From NCBI GenBank assembly GCA_043228905.1, contig JBHGNT010000014.1, positions 2,542,001-2,606,000 of the forward strand: a stretch of 64,000 bases of DNA, read 5' to 3'. Under the pieces are notes generated by a model. That model had not been told where the DNA came from, searched no databases, and worked only from the letters and a program-made list of their open reading frames with translations. This stretch comes from Azolla caroliniana (taxonomy: Eukaryota > Plantae > Polypodiophyta). The position numbers and the translations under genes are program-made. Shown piece by piece: positions 12,898-25,608 of the stretch; the stretch's first letter is position 1; every line of letters begins with the position of its first letter.

Positions 12898-15800
12898 TGT
12901 CGCGTAGTTACGCGCGTGCGTGTGGAAGGGGCGGGACCACGGGGGTCTTGGACTAGGGAGAAGAGGAGAAAGGTTAAGACAACGAATGGAAGATTAGCTC
13001 ATAGCTCAAGGGGAGAAGAGAACGCATATGACATTATGATAGAAGAAGAAGATGCAATCAAGATACTCAACAAGAAGTTCTATTAAGAAATGAATGATTA
13101 CAACAAATGGTGGCCGCCATGGCCGCACCAAACGACTACTCGAAACCCTAACCCTAACCCTAACGCTTGACCTACGTGGTATACCTCGCACACTCAAAAT
13201 AGGCAACCCCCACAATGGTGCCTTCTCTCTCCTTTTATAGCACAAGGAGGGAAGACCGCTTCCAAAGGTGAGACTAAAATATCCCCTTACATTCAAAGGG
13301 GATATTTGCCTTGATTTGGGGGAGGGTGAGATTGATGGCCCCTTAACTCCCACCTCCTCACAAACAACTAGGTAAATATGTACCGCATAGTACCTCTCTC
13401 TCTCTCTCTCTCTCTCTCGCGTAGATGTGCGTACTACCACATCACCTTTATACCTTTATTACTATTACAAATACATTATGTACGTGTGCAACGTTGCACA
13501 TCGCTCTTTGGCTCTCGTTGCTCGGGTTTCCGCTTGTGGACAAAAATCTTCACGACATCCGCCCCCACCTAACCGCACATCCTCCGGTATGTGCCAAAAA
13601 AGAGGGGAGAGAACACGAGATTTTCGGCCACGACGACCGGCCGAGTCCTTAGTGTCCTCGTGGGCCCGCCCGAATTTGTCTTCCACTTCGAGCAAGACCA
13701 CCCCGTCCACACGAACCGCCGCCGCCTTCCGGCCCACCATCCTTGCCGAATGGTCTCGAACCGTTGGCGTCGTCCGATCCGCCACACTCGATGATGTTCG
13801 CCAAGTCGTTGCCTCCACCCGATCCGCCACGTCCATCGTGGGTCCTTGAACCACCGACTACATCCGACCCGCCATATCCGATGCCCGTGCTTTCCTCCCC
13901 GTTCGGTCCTCCTGAACGTCGTCGCCGACCCGGTTGCTCTTCCTTTGTCCGCCTCGTATATCCTCCGGATGCGCTCCCGGTCGCATGCCGGATTCCGCCC
14001 TTTGCGTGCCGCACCCCTCGGCGTGCCGACTCTCTCTGCTCCGCGCTTGCCTTCCGTAGGCTTTCCCCGTATGTCGATGTTGCCCTCCGAATGCGTGCTC
14101 TTGCTTCGGTCCTTCGATGACCCCATCACGCGTTTTTCGTTTTCCCCTTTTTCGTCGTGCTCTCTCGTAGTAGAGCGTATCATCATCCCGACCTCCGTGT
14201 CGGTGTCCCTCGAGGCTCTCGTTATCGCCTCGCCTCGACTTGCGCCCTCTTGGCCCGCTTGGCTTTGTATGCCCTCCGGGAAGCCGCCGCGCTTTCTCTT
14301 CCCGGTATGTACCCCGTTGTCCTCCGCGCATCTCCTCCGTTTTCCTAGATACGACTCTCCGCTCATGCCGATCGCGCTCGGCCCATGCCGTCGATCTTGG
14401 TGTTTCACCGCACCGTCCTTCGTCCCGCGCTTGCCTCTCGAAGGCTTGACCCGACCGTCATCGTCGGTCAATCGTTGTCGCCCATCCGCCGTATGCATGC
14501 TTGTGTCTTGGCCCTCCACCGGCCGTATTGCATGTGTGTCGTGTCGTGCTTCCGCCGTAGACACGACCTCCGCGTCGGTCTCCAACTCCTCGCTGCCACC
14601 CACCGCTTCTTCGTTCTCCTTTCGATCCGCGACCGCCGATGCCTCACGGGTAGGTGTGGAGGGTTCCTCCCATTCTCGGTTCACCACCGAGTCCTCGCCT
14701 CTCAAAGGCTCAATCGGTCCACCGTTTTCGGTCACTCGTTGACGCTCTCTCGGATGCATGCTCGTTCTTGGGCCCTTCACCGACCATAGTGCATGCTTCG
14801 TGTTACGCCCTTCATCTGCCGTAGACCCGACCTCCGCGTCGGCCCCTTCTTCCTTTGTCACCGTAACCCGTTCCGACCCGAGCTCGCCATCTTGGACCCG
14901 CTCGTCCATCATCTCATACCGGATACCCGCTCCGATAACTTTGTCCGCTTCGGCCTCCGACTCCTCGCCGCCACCCGCCGTCTCTCCAGTCTCACGTTGA
15001 TCCGCAACCGCTGAAGTCTCTAGAATGGGTGTGGAAGTTCCCTCTCGCTCTCGGTCTTCTAGCAAACCGTGATCACCGTGCCCACTAGGCCTCCTTCTCG
15101 CTCTCACCGGCTCCCACCGTAACCGTACCCGGCTGGCTACGAATCGATCAAACAATCCCTGTCTTGCCGGCTTCCTTCGGTTCGTGCTCGGTTGACCGGC
15201 CCCCACTTCACTCTTCTTCCGCTCCGCCTCCCGGCCGGGTCGGATTATCGACCGGCTCATCTTTCGGTCGGGTCGGTTCCCGACTCGCTCCTTGATGCTG
15301 CTCCGGACCTCTCCTTCGGTCTTTTCGCACATGCCCACTCCGGGCCTCTCATCCTCACGGCCACCGCCCATCTCCCCGGTCTTATGTCCACGCTCGGGCG
15401 CAACCGCCGAAGTCTCTAGCCCCGGTGTCGAGGGATCTCGCCTCCGTCCGCTACAAACCTCCTCTTCGTCATTTCGGTTGCCCGCCTTGCCGCCGCCACC
15501 GTCCATCTCTCTAGGTCTCACACCGGCTCTCGGGCCGGTTGCCGGAGTCACTAGGACCGGTGTGTGGAAGGTCGCGGCACCGCCGCTCATCTCCTCTTCT
15601 TCCTCGGTTTCGCAAGCCTCGAGTATGCTTGCGAAATCCTCGTAGAACGTTTCGGGCAACCGCGTCCCGAAACTTTCGCCCACTCTCGAAGTGGCGTCCA
15701 TTGCTCCGTAGATATCGGCCTCATCCATGGCCGTCCTCTTTCCACAAGTCGAGAGGGTCGCTCGCTCCGCACCCTCTCCCACATCGTCGCCGTGGTCGTC

Positions 15801-17628
15801 CGCCTTGCCGCCGCCACCGTTCATTACCCTAAGTCTCACGCGGGCACTCGGGCCGGCCGCCGGGGTCTCTTGAACCGGTGCGTGTAAGGTAGCAACGCTG
15901 CCGCTCGTCGATGCTATGCCCGTAGCCACCTCCATTCGGACATCGTCGTCCGTGGCTACCCCGCCTCCGTATATGCAAGCATTAATTATGCTTGCCGCCT
16001 CCTCTTCCACGGTCTCCTTACCGTTGTCTCGGTTGCCCGCCTTGCCGCCGCCACCGTCCGTCACTCTACGTCCCACACCAGCTCTCGGGCCGGTTGCCGG
16101 AGTCTCTAGGCCCGGTGTGCGTAAGGTCGCGGCACCGCCGCTTGTCTCCTCCTCCCTCGATGTTTTGGGCCGCCATGTCCCGAATCCGTAGTCACCGGCC
16201 TCCATGGCCGTCCATTCACCGCAAGACAAGAGAGTCGCTCTTTTCGCACCCTCTCCCATGTCACCATCGTACGCTCTCCCGGCCTCCGTATAGGCCCCGT
16301 CTTCTACGTCTAGGGAGGCTTCTTCCTCCGCATCCTCTGATCGCTTCCGGCCCGTCTCCATAACAAGCCCTTCTTCGGCTCCGATTTTCGCCTTCACAAG
16401 CTCGCATGCCTCCTGTATTAGCACCTCTAGGTCGAGCTCCTCCGAACCGTTTTGCGTTGAGCTCTCTTCCGGCGGTAGTGCGTACCCACTCACTGCTCTC
16501 TCTTCTTCGTCGCTCGCGGGCCATGTTGTGGCCGGCCGCCTCGCATCATGTTGTCGGCACCCCCACCGATCGAACTCATGCCGACCTCTTCCTTCCAGTT
16601 CCGTGTACCCGTACGCCTCCAATAGAGCTCCCTCAAAGGACTCCCATGACTCGTGAGCTCCTCGTAGCTCCTTGACGTCCTTGTGCACCAATACGGCCGC
16701 CACTCGCGGAAAATACTCTAGTCGCATCGCCTCGTCCACGCCCCCTTTCGCCATCTCAGCCTTGTAGGCTCCCAAAATTTTTAGGACCTCATTCCCATTG
16801 AACCGGCCGACTCGATCGACCACCCTTTCGACGACTTGTTGAGCCGCATCTCGCTTCGCCATCTTCCGTCCGGCTTCCATCACGATCTTTGCCATCATCT
16901 CCTCGAAGTCAAAGTCTTCTTCCATCTCCATGCTCCCTTGCCTCCCTTCACGTCGGGTTCACCAAAGATGTCGCGTAGTTACGCGCGTGCGTGTGGAAGG
17001 GGCGGGACCACGGGGGTCTTGGACTAGGGAGAAGAGGAGAAAGGTTAAGACAACGAATGGAAGATTAGCTCATAGCTCAAGGTGAGAAGAGAACGCATAT
17101 GACATTATGATAGGAGAAGAAGATGCAATCAAGATACTCAACAAGCAGTTCTATTAAGAAATGAATGATTACAACAAATGGTGGCCGCCATGGCCGCACC
17201 AAACGACTACTCGAAACCCTAACCCTAACCCTAACGCTTGACCTACGTGGTATACCTCGCACACTCAAAATAGGCAACCCCCACAATGGTGCCTTCTCTC
17301 TCCTTTTATAGCACAAGGAGGGAAGACCGCTTCCAAAGGTGAGACTAAAATATCCCCTTACATTCAAAGGGGATATTTGCCTTGATTTGGGGGAGGGTGA
17401 GATTGATGGCCCCTTAACTCCCACCTCCTCACAAACAACTAGGTAAATATGTACCGCATAGTACCTCTCTCTCTCTCTCTCTCTCTCTCGCATGGATGTG
17501 CGTACTACCACATCACCTTTATACCTTTATTACTATTACAAATACATTATGTACGTGTGCAACGTTGCACATCGCTCTTTGGCTCTCGTTGCTCGGGTTT
17601 CCTCTTGTGGACAAAAATCTTCACGACA
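12898..17628 (-). mobile_element. Complete non-autonomous LTR retroelement X1 (Gag-like ORF only)
   Basis: The 660-bp LTRs at 12898-13557 and 16969-17628 differ at about 6 positions by eye. The 4-bp TSD CCGG is at 12894-12897 and 17629-17632, the tRNA-Trp PBS at 16947-16964 and the PPT at 13558-13569. Confidence 0.93.
13569..16931 (-). CDS. 1120-aa Gag-capsid-like protein with a long repetitive acidic/basic tail
   Basis: A single ORF fills almost the whole PBS-to-PPT interval. Its N-terminal ~110 aa align with G1 Gag. No PR, RT, RH, INT or CCHC motif was seen. Confidence 0.75.
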   Translation of the reverse strand: MEMEEDFDFEEMMAKIVMEAGRKMAKRDAAQQVVERVVDRVGRFNGNEVLKILGAYKAEMAKGGVDEAMRLEYFPRVAAVLVHKDVKELRGAHESWESFEGALLEAYGYTELEGRGRHEFDRWGCRQHDARRPATTWPASDEEERAVSGYALPPEESSTQNGSEELDLEVLIQEACELVKAKIGAEEGLVMETGRKRSEDAEEEASLDVEDGAYTEAGRAYDGDMGEGAKRATLLSCGEWTAMEAGDYGFGTWRPKTSREEETSGGAATLRTPGLETPATGPRAGVGRRVTDGGGGKAGNRDNGKETVEEEAASIINACIYGGGVATDDDVRMEVATGIASTSGSVATLHAPVQETPAAGPSARVRLRVMNGGGGKADDHGDDVGEGAERATLSTCGKRTAMDEADIYGAMDATSRVGESFGTRLPETFYEDFASILEACETEEEEEMSGGAATFHTPVLVTPATGPRAGVRPREMDGGGGKAGNRNDEEEVCSGRRRDPSTPGLETSAVAPERGHKTGEMGGGREDERPGVGMCEKTEGEVRSSIKERVGNRPDRKMSRSIIRPGREAERKKSEVGAGQPSTNRRKPARQGLFDRFVASRVRLRWEPVRARRRPSGHGDHGLLEDREREGTSTPILETSAVADQRETGETAGGGEESEAEADKVIGAGIRYEMMDERVQDGELGSERVTVTKEEGADAEVGSTADEGRNTKHALWSVKGPRTSMHPRERQRVTENGGPIEPLRGEDSVVNREWEEPSTPTREASAVADRKENEEAVGGSEELETDAEVVSTAEARHDTHAIRPVEGQDTSMHTADGRQRLTDDDGRVKPSRGKRGTKDGAVKHQDRRHGPSAIGMSGESYLGKRRRCAEDNGVHTGKRKRGGFPEGIQSQAGQEGASRGEAITRASRDTDTEVGMMIRSTTREHDEKGENEKRVMGSSKDRSKSTHSEGNIDIRGKPTEGKRGAERVGTPRGAARKGRNPACDRERIRRIYEADKGRATGSATTFRRTERGGKHGHRIWRVGCSRWFKDPRWTWRIGWRQRLGEHHRVWRIGRRQRFETIRQGWWAGRRRRFVWTGWSCSKWKTNSGGPTRTLRTRPVVVAENLVFSPLFFGTYRRMCG

Positions 17629-19668
17629 CCGGTCCTACGGAGATCCTCACACCGATCCGGTTGTCGGCCTGAGTGCTGGCATGAGTCCTATAGGAGAGGT
17701 CGGTGGCGACAGGAGAACGGGACCCGGCAATCCGAAGAATGACGAACGGACCCGAACAAGAACCGGGCGGAGCGAGCTCCCGGATAACCATTCCGGGAGG
17801 GAGGAAGAGACCAGGCCTACGAAGAGGCCAAGGACACGGTACGTCAGTACCACGGGAGAGGGTGCCGAGCAAACCGCCCTCTCGGCATGAAAGGCAAAGA
17901 ACTACGGATGGGCAGTCCCACGAAGATCCTCACACCGATCCGGCCTATAGGAGAGGTTGGTGGCGGCAAGTGAACGTGATCGGACGACAGAAAGCAGAGA
18001 AGGAAGGTATCAGGCCGGCAAAGCGGCTACGAACCGAAAGACCTACCGGCAAGGTCACGGGCGTAAGGAAGTCCGGTCCTACGGATCCCCACACCAGACC
18101 GGAGACCCCGGCAGTTCAGCCAACATGGCAACGTGAGACCTAGGGAGAAGGCTGGTGGCAGCGGGAAACGAGACCCGACTACGCGGAAGACACGAGGAGA
18201 GTCCGGGAGGGACTCAAACAAAAGACACCCGAATTTCGGCAAGCAACGAAACGAAGACCGGTCCTATGGGACCCTCACACCGATCCGGAGACTCCGGTAG
18301 TTCGGCCAACGTGGCAACGAGAGACCTAGGGAGAAGGATGGTGGCGGCAGGGAATGGGACCCGGCGACACGAGATAGCGGATTGGGAGTCGGTAAGACAG
18401 GGCGGACGAAGTGCGAAACCCTTACCGGCCGGTAACGGTTTCGGAAGGAACCGATAGGGGCAAACACGGGGAGGTGTGTCGGGGCCAGAAAGGCACACCC
18501 GGGACGGAACAAGAGTCTTGCAAGTGGCCATTGCGGGCCAGATCGAAGCGTGACTACAGGATGGAGTGCGGCACAAGCAGTGCCAAACAACGGACGAGGG
18601 TATGCGGCAAACGGAGGCGCTAGAGCGGAAAGGCGAGCGCGAAGACGGGTTGCATGGTTCGGAGGTAGCACGTAGATGGCCAGAGGAGGATCCTCCACAC
18701 CGTTTCGGAGGCCTTGGCGGTTCGAGCCGACGTGGCAACGTAAGACCATGGAGAAGGAAGGTAGCGGCGAGAGGACGAAGGCAACGCGAAACATGGGACG
18801 GCAATCAGGACAACACGAATGATCGACAAAGGCCAAGCGGGCCACTACAGGCATTCCTCAAGCGGAGGACATCAGGCATACGGCGAAGAGCGGGGCATGC
18901 ATACGGCTGAACAAGGGCCAGCGGAAGTACGCGTACTACGGAGATCGCGGCGAACGACCCATCGACGGGTCGAACGAGCCTACGGGGAGGTAAGCGCGAA
19001 GGAAGAACCGAAGCTGACGATTCAAACCGGCAGCAAGCCGGGATGTGGATTACGGTTGACTGGTTTCCTCACCGGCCGAAATCTCTCACCCTTCACCGGA
19101 TTTGGCACGTACCGGTGGTCGTGCGGTTTGGTGGGGGCGGATGTCGTGAAGAATTTCGGCAAGAAGCGGAAACCGGGAAATATTGGCTACGTCGACGGGG
19201 TGCAGCATATGCGCTCACCCTTGTACATTAAGTGTGAATAATGAGGGCGCCTTTATGACGCCGAAGAGTAGTCAAGTCGGGACAGAGAATCCCATGTAAG
19301 TCGGGATTTATCCCACATTGTAACGCATCTCCCTCCTTGTTCTATAAAAGGAAGGGAGCGCCTCTTGTGAAGGGGTTGCCCATTTTGTATTAGTAGGGTA
19401 TACCGTTAGACGGAAAGACGTTCTCTCTTTCTCTCTCTCTCTCTTGTTTTAGGGTTTCTTCTTCTTGCTCTCCTCTGCTTCTTCTTCTTCTTCGTCCTTC
19501 TGTGCGTCGAGCCTTGGCATCTAGCGTTCCAGTTTTCTGTCTTGTACTCTATGCAAGACCCCGCTCGGCGCAACAAGCCCGAGAGCTCCCCAACCGGCGG
19601 CTTGGCAGTAGACAACGGTTGTATCTCATGCGGCCTAGGTCCGGCTAGAAGTCAATGTTGAATCTCGT

Positions 19669-21193
19669 TGTCTTGTAAATACATATACATTTGGTTGTGC
19701 ATATTCGGGTCTCTATTGGTGTGCGTGTGCGTGTCTTAGTGTTTCTTTCTGGCTTATGTACATGTTCGTGCGAGAGTCAATGTTGCGTGCCTGCTCTCTC
19801 TCTCTCTCTCCCTTCGGTTGCTTCCGGTGTGCTCCTAGGGTGCCCTGGGAAAGGTGAAGCACGATTTCCTACACTCCGTTGTTGCGAAAATACGACGAGG
19901 ATACGCGAACTTGAGGCAGGATCCCGGGGCCTCCGACCAGAGGATAACGACATTCGTGCATTTATATTTTTAACAATTAACGGAAAGAAGAAATTTAATA
20001 ATTTTCATTAACAAAGGAAAAAGAAATTACAATATGTCCCAAGATTGGGATTTAGAAGTTTTAGATTTACTAAGATTAATAGAAAAGAAAAATTAGGGGT
20101 TTTGGTAGATATGGCTTCCGTAGGGAAAATTAGGATTAGGTTATATGAGTATTATGGCTTCCGTAGGGAAGATTAGGGTTTTTGAGTGTTATGGCTTCCG
20201 TAGGGAATTTAGGAATTATTAGAGTTATGGCTTCCCTAAGATAAGGGAGCTAAGAAGGAAAAGAAAAATAATATAATAGATGGAGAGCCTGAGTGTAAGA
20301 AGAAAAATGGAATATATATAGAGTTCTCCCTTGATCATAGCCTTTCCACTTTTTGTTGCATGGCCTCTACTTTTAGTTGCCTAGCTTTTTCTTTTAGTTG
20401 CATCTATTTTTAGTTGCATGGCTTTTTCTTTTAGTTGCATGTGACCGTCCACATGACCTTTACTTTTTGCATGCACTCCAACTTTAGTTGCTTGCGTCCA
20501 CATGGCCTTTACTTTAGTTCTCTTCACTTTACTTTAGTTTGTTGGATGATCCAATCTTTCGTCTGTAGCTGATTCCATTTTTTGCTTGTCGGCCGGTTCC
20601 GGTTCCAATTTTGTTTGCCAGCCGGTTCTGGTTCTGATTTGCTTGCCAGTTCCGGTTTTGCTTGCCGGCCGGTTTCCGGTTTGCATACCGGTTCTGGTTC
20701 CGGTTTTGCTTACCGGCCGGTTTCCAATTCCGGTTTGCTTGCCGGTTCCGGTTCCGATTTTGCTTATCGGCCTGTTTCCAATTTGCATACCGGCTAGTTT
20801 CCGGATTTGCTTACCGGACCCGTTTTCCAGATTTGCTTACCGGCCAGTTTCCGAATTTGTTTACCGGCCGGTTTCCGATTTTAGGGAATTTGGCCACCAT
20901 CCTCCATCAAGACAAAGTGGCCAAAGTGCTCTTAGCACAAATGAAAAATGAGGGAGCTCAAGGTGCTTATATAGCCAGGGCCTTAACTTTCCTATCTATG
21001 TGGGATAGTTTTAATTTCCCTATCTTCTCAAACTTTATTTTCACATAACTTGATATGTATTTCTCCATTTTGTATATAGTAAAATACGTTTTGAAGCTCT
21101 TGAGTATATCCATCTTTCTATAGTAAGCTACTAATCTAATCTATAATAATTATTTCATTATTTTTTACATAGTGTGTGAAGATTCACACGACA
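19669..21193. mobile_element. Solo LTR Y (about 1.5 kb) inserted in the 3' LTR of Z
   Basis: Ends are TGTC...GACA with a 4-bp TSD TCGT at 19665-19668 and 21194-21197. Removing it restores a contiguous X-type LTR end. Confidence 0.75.
20586..20880. repeat. CCGG-rich degenerate minisatellite inside Y
   Basis: Repeated units of the type TTTGCTTACCGGCCGGTTTCCGG. Confidence 0.85.
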
Positions 21194-21434
21194 TCGTCAC
21201 TCCCTAGTCCAAGACCCCCGTGGTCCCGCCTTTCTCCATGCACGCGCGTAACAACGCGACAACGTAAGTGTAACCCTTGCTAAGGAGTCGGTTGTAGCTG
21301 TCTCCCTTATACGTTGATAGGTTACAGGGAACATTCCCCTATGCATTACGCATAGACGCATATTCATTGTTCCACAACCACTTGGAGGTCTAAGTCGAAG
21401 GACTGACCGCGGACCGTGTTCCTAATTGGCAACA

Positions 21435-24400
21435 TGTCGACAGAGCTAACGACACAGCACTTGATGCGGCACACAAGGACTTCCCAGTGTGGGAACAAGC
21501 AACAAGCAGAGTGATGTACTACTTTGCGTCCAGTGTCAGAGACCAGTTGTTGAGCCATGTCCGAGATGCCAAGACGCCAAAAGAAGCTTGGGGAAACCTG
21601 AAGAAGGTTCTCACGGCAAGCACTATGGCCCGGAAGCTGCAACTCCGACAAGAGTTGAGCAATATCCGACAGAAGGACATGTCGGTAGCTGATTACACAA
21701 CCCGAATCAAAGAAATCTATGACTCACTTGCCTCTATCAACGTCATTGTAGAGGAAGATGAGATGGTGCAGATCTGTCTTAGGGGCCTAGAGTCTAAGTT
21801 CAGAGCGCTCCGAACGGCGGTGTGTACAAGGGAGAATACGCCGTCATTTTTTGACTTACAGTCGATGCTCCTTATAGAGGAGAACCACGTTGGTGCGTCA
21901 ACAAGTGCACCCATCGACAGCTGGATGTTGTACACGGAGGCGGATTGGCCCCGTGGGCGTGGTGTATGAGGCGGGTCGGCTCGCAATGGTAGCGGCCGTC
22001 AAGAGCAGGACCGAAGGCATAGAGAACGTGCCGACAGCAATTCCGAACCCTCCTCAAGCAGGGGGAGTCAAGGCGGCGCCGGAGGCCGGCAAGCAAAGGT
22101 TGACACGGAATGCTGGTATTGTGGTAAAAAGGGCCACAGAGAAAGCGAGTGATGAAAGAAGCGCGCCGATTTGGATAGATCCGGATCCGGCAAGGCTGGC
22201 AGAGAGAATCGGCAATACTCACACTACGCAGAAGGATCGGGAGGATCCAAAACCAGAAAAGTCGGTAAAGGGCCAGCCTTGGTGATGAAACACGAGGCTA
22301 ACTCGATGAAGAAGACCACTTCCAAATCGGAGGAAGTGTGGTATGTTGTTTCCGGTGTGTCGAATCACATGATGAGCCACAGAGAGTAGTTCTCTTTCCT
22401 GGAGAAACAGGAACAACCGGGAGTCATCAAAACCGGAGACGACACTCCTCACCCAATCGCGCATGTCGGAGAAGTCCCTTTGAGCCATGTTATACAAAGG
22501 GGGAAGTTGATGAACTTTTTACACGTTCCGACTATTACGAAGAACCTGGTGTCAGTCGGTCAAATCGTTCACCAGGGGATGCAGGTGTAGTTTATGCACC
22601 TTGGGTGCTTCATTGAGGAAGAGAGCCAAATTATTGCGCAAGGGCGCAGAGATGGGAGAATGTTCATCCTCGACACCAATGACGTCGGCACCGCTTTGTT
22701 CGCCAAAGGACAAAAGATTGAATCGGATATTGATCTTTGGCACAAGCAGATCGGCCATGTCAATTACCGGAGGTTTCAAGGCTTGCAAACGAAACAAGTT
22801 GTTTTCGGTTTGCCGAAGTTCAGTGGCCGGAAGGCCCAAATATGTGAAGCCTACCAACTCGGGAAGCAACACCGGTTTTCATTCCCCACCGAACGAAACC
22901 GTAGTCGTAACAAGCTCGACCTTATTCATTCGGATGTACGGGGACCGTCACAGAACGTTAGTCTTGGCGGGAGTCGATACTTCGTCTCCTTCATTGACGA
23001 CTACAGCCAGCACACATGGATCTACCTCATTGAGTGGAAGAGTGAAGTCTTCGAGTGCTTCTGGAACCTGCAAAGCCTAGTTGAATGGGAAACTGAGAGG
23101 AAGATCAAGTGCCTGCGGTCGGATGGCGGAAAAGAATATTTTTCCGGCCAATTCAATAGTTATCTGCAGCAAAAAGGAATTTGGAGAGAGTTCAACTACA
23201 TATACACACCGGAGCAAAACGGTGTGGCCGAGAGGAAGAACCGGTTGATTATTGACGCGGCAAGGACGATGCTGGGGGAGAAGAGCATGCCCAAATTCTA
23301 CTGGGCTGAGGCAATCCAGACGACCGTCTATATCCAAAACCGGATCGGTGACAAGGTGTCCGCGCATGAGCTGTATTTCGGGCGCAAGCCAAATTTGAGA
23401 CACCTTCAGATATTCGGTAGCATTGCATATGTGCATGTGCCAGATGAGAAGCGGAGGAAGTTGGATGTAAAGTCAGAGAAATGCATCCTAGTCGGTTACT
23501 CGCATGAGCAAAAGGGTTATAAGTGTTATAACCCCCGAACAAAGCAGGTCCGAGTTAGCCGGGATGTTGAGTTTGATGAGATGGCATCATGGTATGCCTT
23601 ACCGGCTCCGACTTCTGACCCCGACCCGATACTGGAGGATGAGGCTAGTGAGCTTGAACCGGTCCAATTAGAAGGCGAAGGGTTCGAGACTCTAGATGTG
23701 AGTCTGGAATAGTTTCGGTTGAGCGGGCCGAACAAGCGACTGGGTCAGACAGACCAGTCGGAAGATGAACCGGTGAGTATTGGAGACTCTACCGTGTTCC
23801 CCCCGCGCAAGGAACCGAGGAGAAGGTTCACGCACAAGGAAAAGGGGAAGAGGAGCACGAAATCGGAAATGGTGAGTCGGATCAGAGTGGATCCGACTCC
23901 GAGAAAGAAGAAGGCAGATCTTCGGCACCGAAGACCGAACCGGCCAAGAAGGGCCTCAAACCGGGTAACGATAAGTTACGTTGGTCTTCCAGCCAGAAGA
24001 ACCTCGTGAAGCAATATGGGTAAAATGAGTACATGGCCCATCACTATGTGTACATGACCAAGGTGGCGGAATTGTGTGAGCCGGAGATCTACGCAGAAGC
24101 GGCAAAGGACGCAAATTGGCATGTCGCTATGGAGGAAGAAATGCAGGCACTTGATGCCAACGACACATGGGACCTAGTTGACCCTCCCCGGCACTGTAAA
24201 CCGATCGGATGTAAGTGGGTGTACAAGGTAAAGCACAATGCTGACAGTTCGTTTAACCGGTACAAGGTCGGGTTAGTGGCGAAGGGATACACAGACCCAC
24301 GGAATTGACTACGACGAGACCTTCGCTCCGGTAGCGAAGATGACGACAGTTCGTGTGGTGCTGGCGGTTGTTGCGGCAAGGGGGTGGCATCTTCACCAAA

Positions 24401-25590
24401 TGGACGTGAAGAATGCATTTCTTCAAGGCGATCTTGAAGAAGAGGTCTTTATGACCCAACCCCCCGATTTCTAGTCGGAGATGAACAAGTCAGCGGTATG
24501 CCGGCTGAAGAAGTCACTTTATGGCCTGAAGCAAGCCACCCAAGCTTGGAATGCGAAGATCACGCACCGGTTGCGTAAGATGGGGTTTGCGGCCTCCAAG
24601 TCCGACTCTTCGTTGTTCATCCGGCAAGGTCCGGACGGTCCGGTTTGCATCTTGTTGTATGTTGATGATCTAGTCATCACCGGACCCGGACTCGATGAAA
24701 TCAGCCGAGTCAAGTCCCAGCTGTTGGACGCATTTGAGATGAAGGACCTGGGCGACCTTCACTATTTCCTTGGGATAGAGGTGATCCGAACCCCCAACGG
24801 CATATTGCTCTCACAAAGACACTATGTGTTGAATATGTTGTACAAGTTCGGTATGATGGAATGCCGACCGATCTCCACACCCCTGGACCGGAACCAGAAA
24901 CTCCGTCTCGACTCCAAACCGGCCTGCGATGAGAAGCGGTTCTGACAAATCGTCGGAAGCCTTATATATTTGACAATCACCCGACCCAACATCAGTTATC
25001 CGGTCGGCGTGATCAGCCAATATATGCAGAAGCCAACCGTGGAGAACCTTCTGTGCACGCATCAAATTTTGCAATATGTGAGCGGCACGAAGGACCAGGG
25101 ATTGTTATACCCGCATAGTATAACTGAAGAGCTAGTCGGCTACACCAATGCCGATTGGGTCGGCGATGCATCGAATCGCCGATCCACCTCCGGCTACATG
25201 TTTTCCCTTAGTAGCGCGGCTGTTGCGTGGTGCAACAAAAAGCAGCCAACAGTGGCCCTTTCGAGCACTTAGGCTGAATACCGGGGCGCTACCGTTGCCA
25301 CCTGTGAAGCCATTTGGCTTCGGCGACTGCTGCAAGACCTACGGATCGAGGTGCTGACCCCGATCCTGATCTACTGTGACAAAATAAGCAACATGTAGCT
25401 CGCTAACAACCCCGTATTCCATGCTCGCACAAAGCACATAGAAGTGCACTACCACTTCGTGCGTGAGTGTGTCCTGAGCGGTGAAGTCGAACTTTGGTAT
25501 GTTCATACGGATCGGCAAGTTGCCGACATCTTCACCAAACCGCTCGGGTCGGACAAGTTGCAACAGTTCACCAAAATGCTTGGTGTTTAG
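21435..25590 (+). pseudogene. Copia A gag-pol remainder (Gag, PR, INT, RT, RH) with stops and frameshifts
   Basis: Motifs include the CWYCGKKGH knuckle, HSDV..SDGGKEY..NGVAER (integrase), KSLYGLKQA, LYVDDL and RSTSGY..ADIFTK. Confidence 0.92.
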
Positions 25591-25608
25591 CATCTCGACA
25601 TGCCACAC

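Larger units (their letters stand above)
12006..21261 (+). mobile_element. Family X-related element Z, 5'-truncated and interrupted by X1 and solo LTR Y
   Basis: Peptides GEGVEHNALSTCGE and EEPSTRIPETPVV resemble the X ORF repeats, and the PPT GGTGGGGGCGGA precedes 19142. The 3' LTR is 19142-19668 plus 21198-21261, starting TGTCGTGAAGA and ending ACAACGCGACA. Confidence 0.75.
7279..21434 (+). mobile_element. Ty3/gypsy non-chromovirus-type element B, internally deleted
   Basis: The 5' LTR TGTTG...CAACA spans 7279-7716, and a 3' LTR remnant at 21262-21434 matches 7544-7716. The 5-bp TSD TGTCG lies at 7274-7278 and 21435-21439. Confidence 0.9.
6635..25608 (+). mobile_element. Ty1/copia element A, with gag split by gypsy B and no 3' LTR
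   Basis: The LTR TGTTGAG...TTACA spans 6635-7070 and the Met-i PBS TGGTATCAGAGC is at 7071-7082. Gag begins MASSLPVEKLDRSNYASW (~7173-7278) and resumes at 21435. Confidence 0.9.

Noticed and set aside
13143-13163. (AACCCT)3 as an interstitial telomere
   Set aside because: There are only three units, they lie inside the LTR and are copied with it; this fits a telo-box-like motif.
13846-14742. Long antisense and alternate-frame ORFs over X1, X2 (e.g. 31342-32424) and Z
   Set aside because: These are expected shadows of a GC-rich, stop-poor coding strand, and they show no recognisable motifs.
19142-19952. LTR of Z ending at ..GATAACGACA (19952)
   Set aside because: A better model is solo LTR Y (19669-21193) with a TCGT TSD, whose removal restores the standard X LTR end at 21261.
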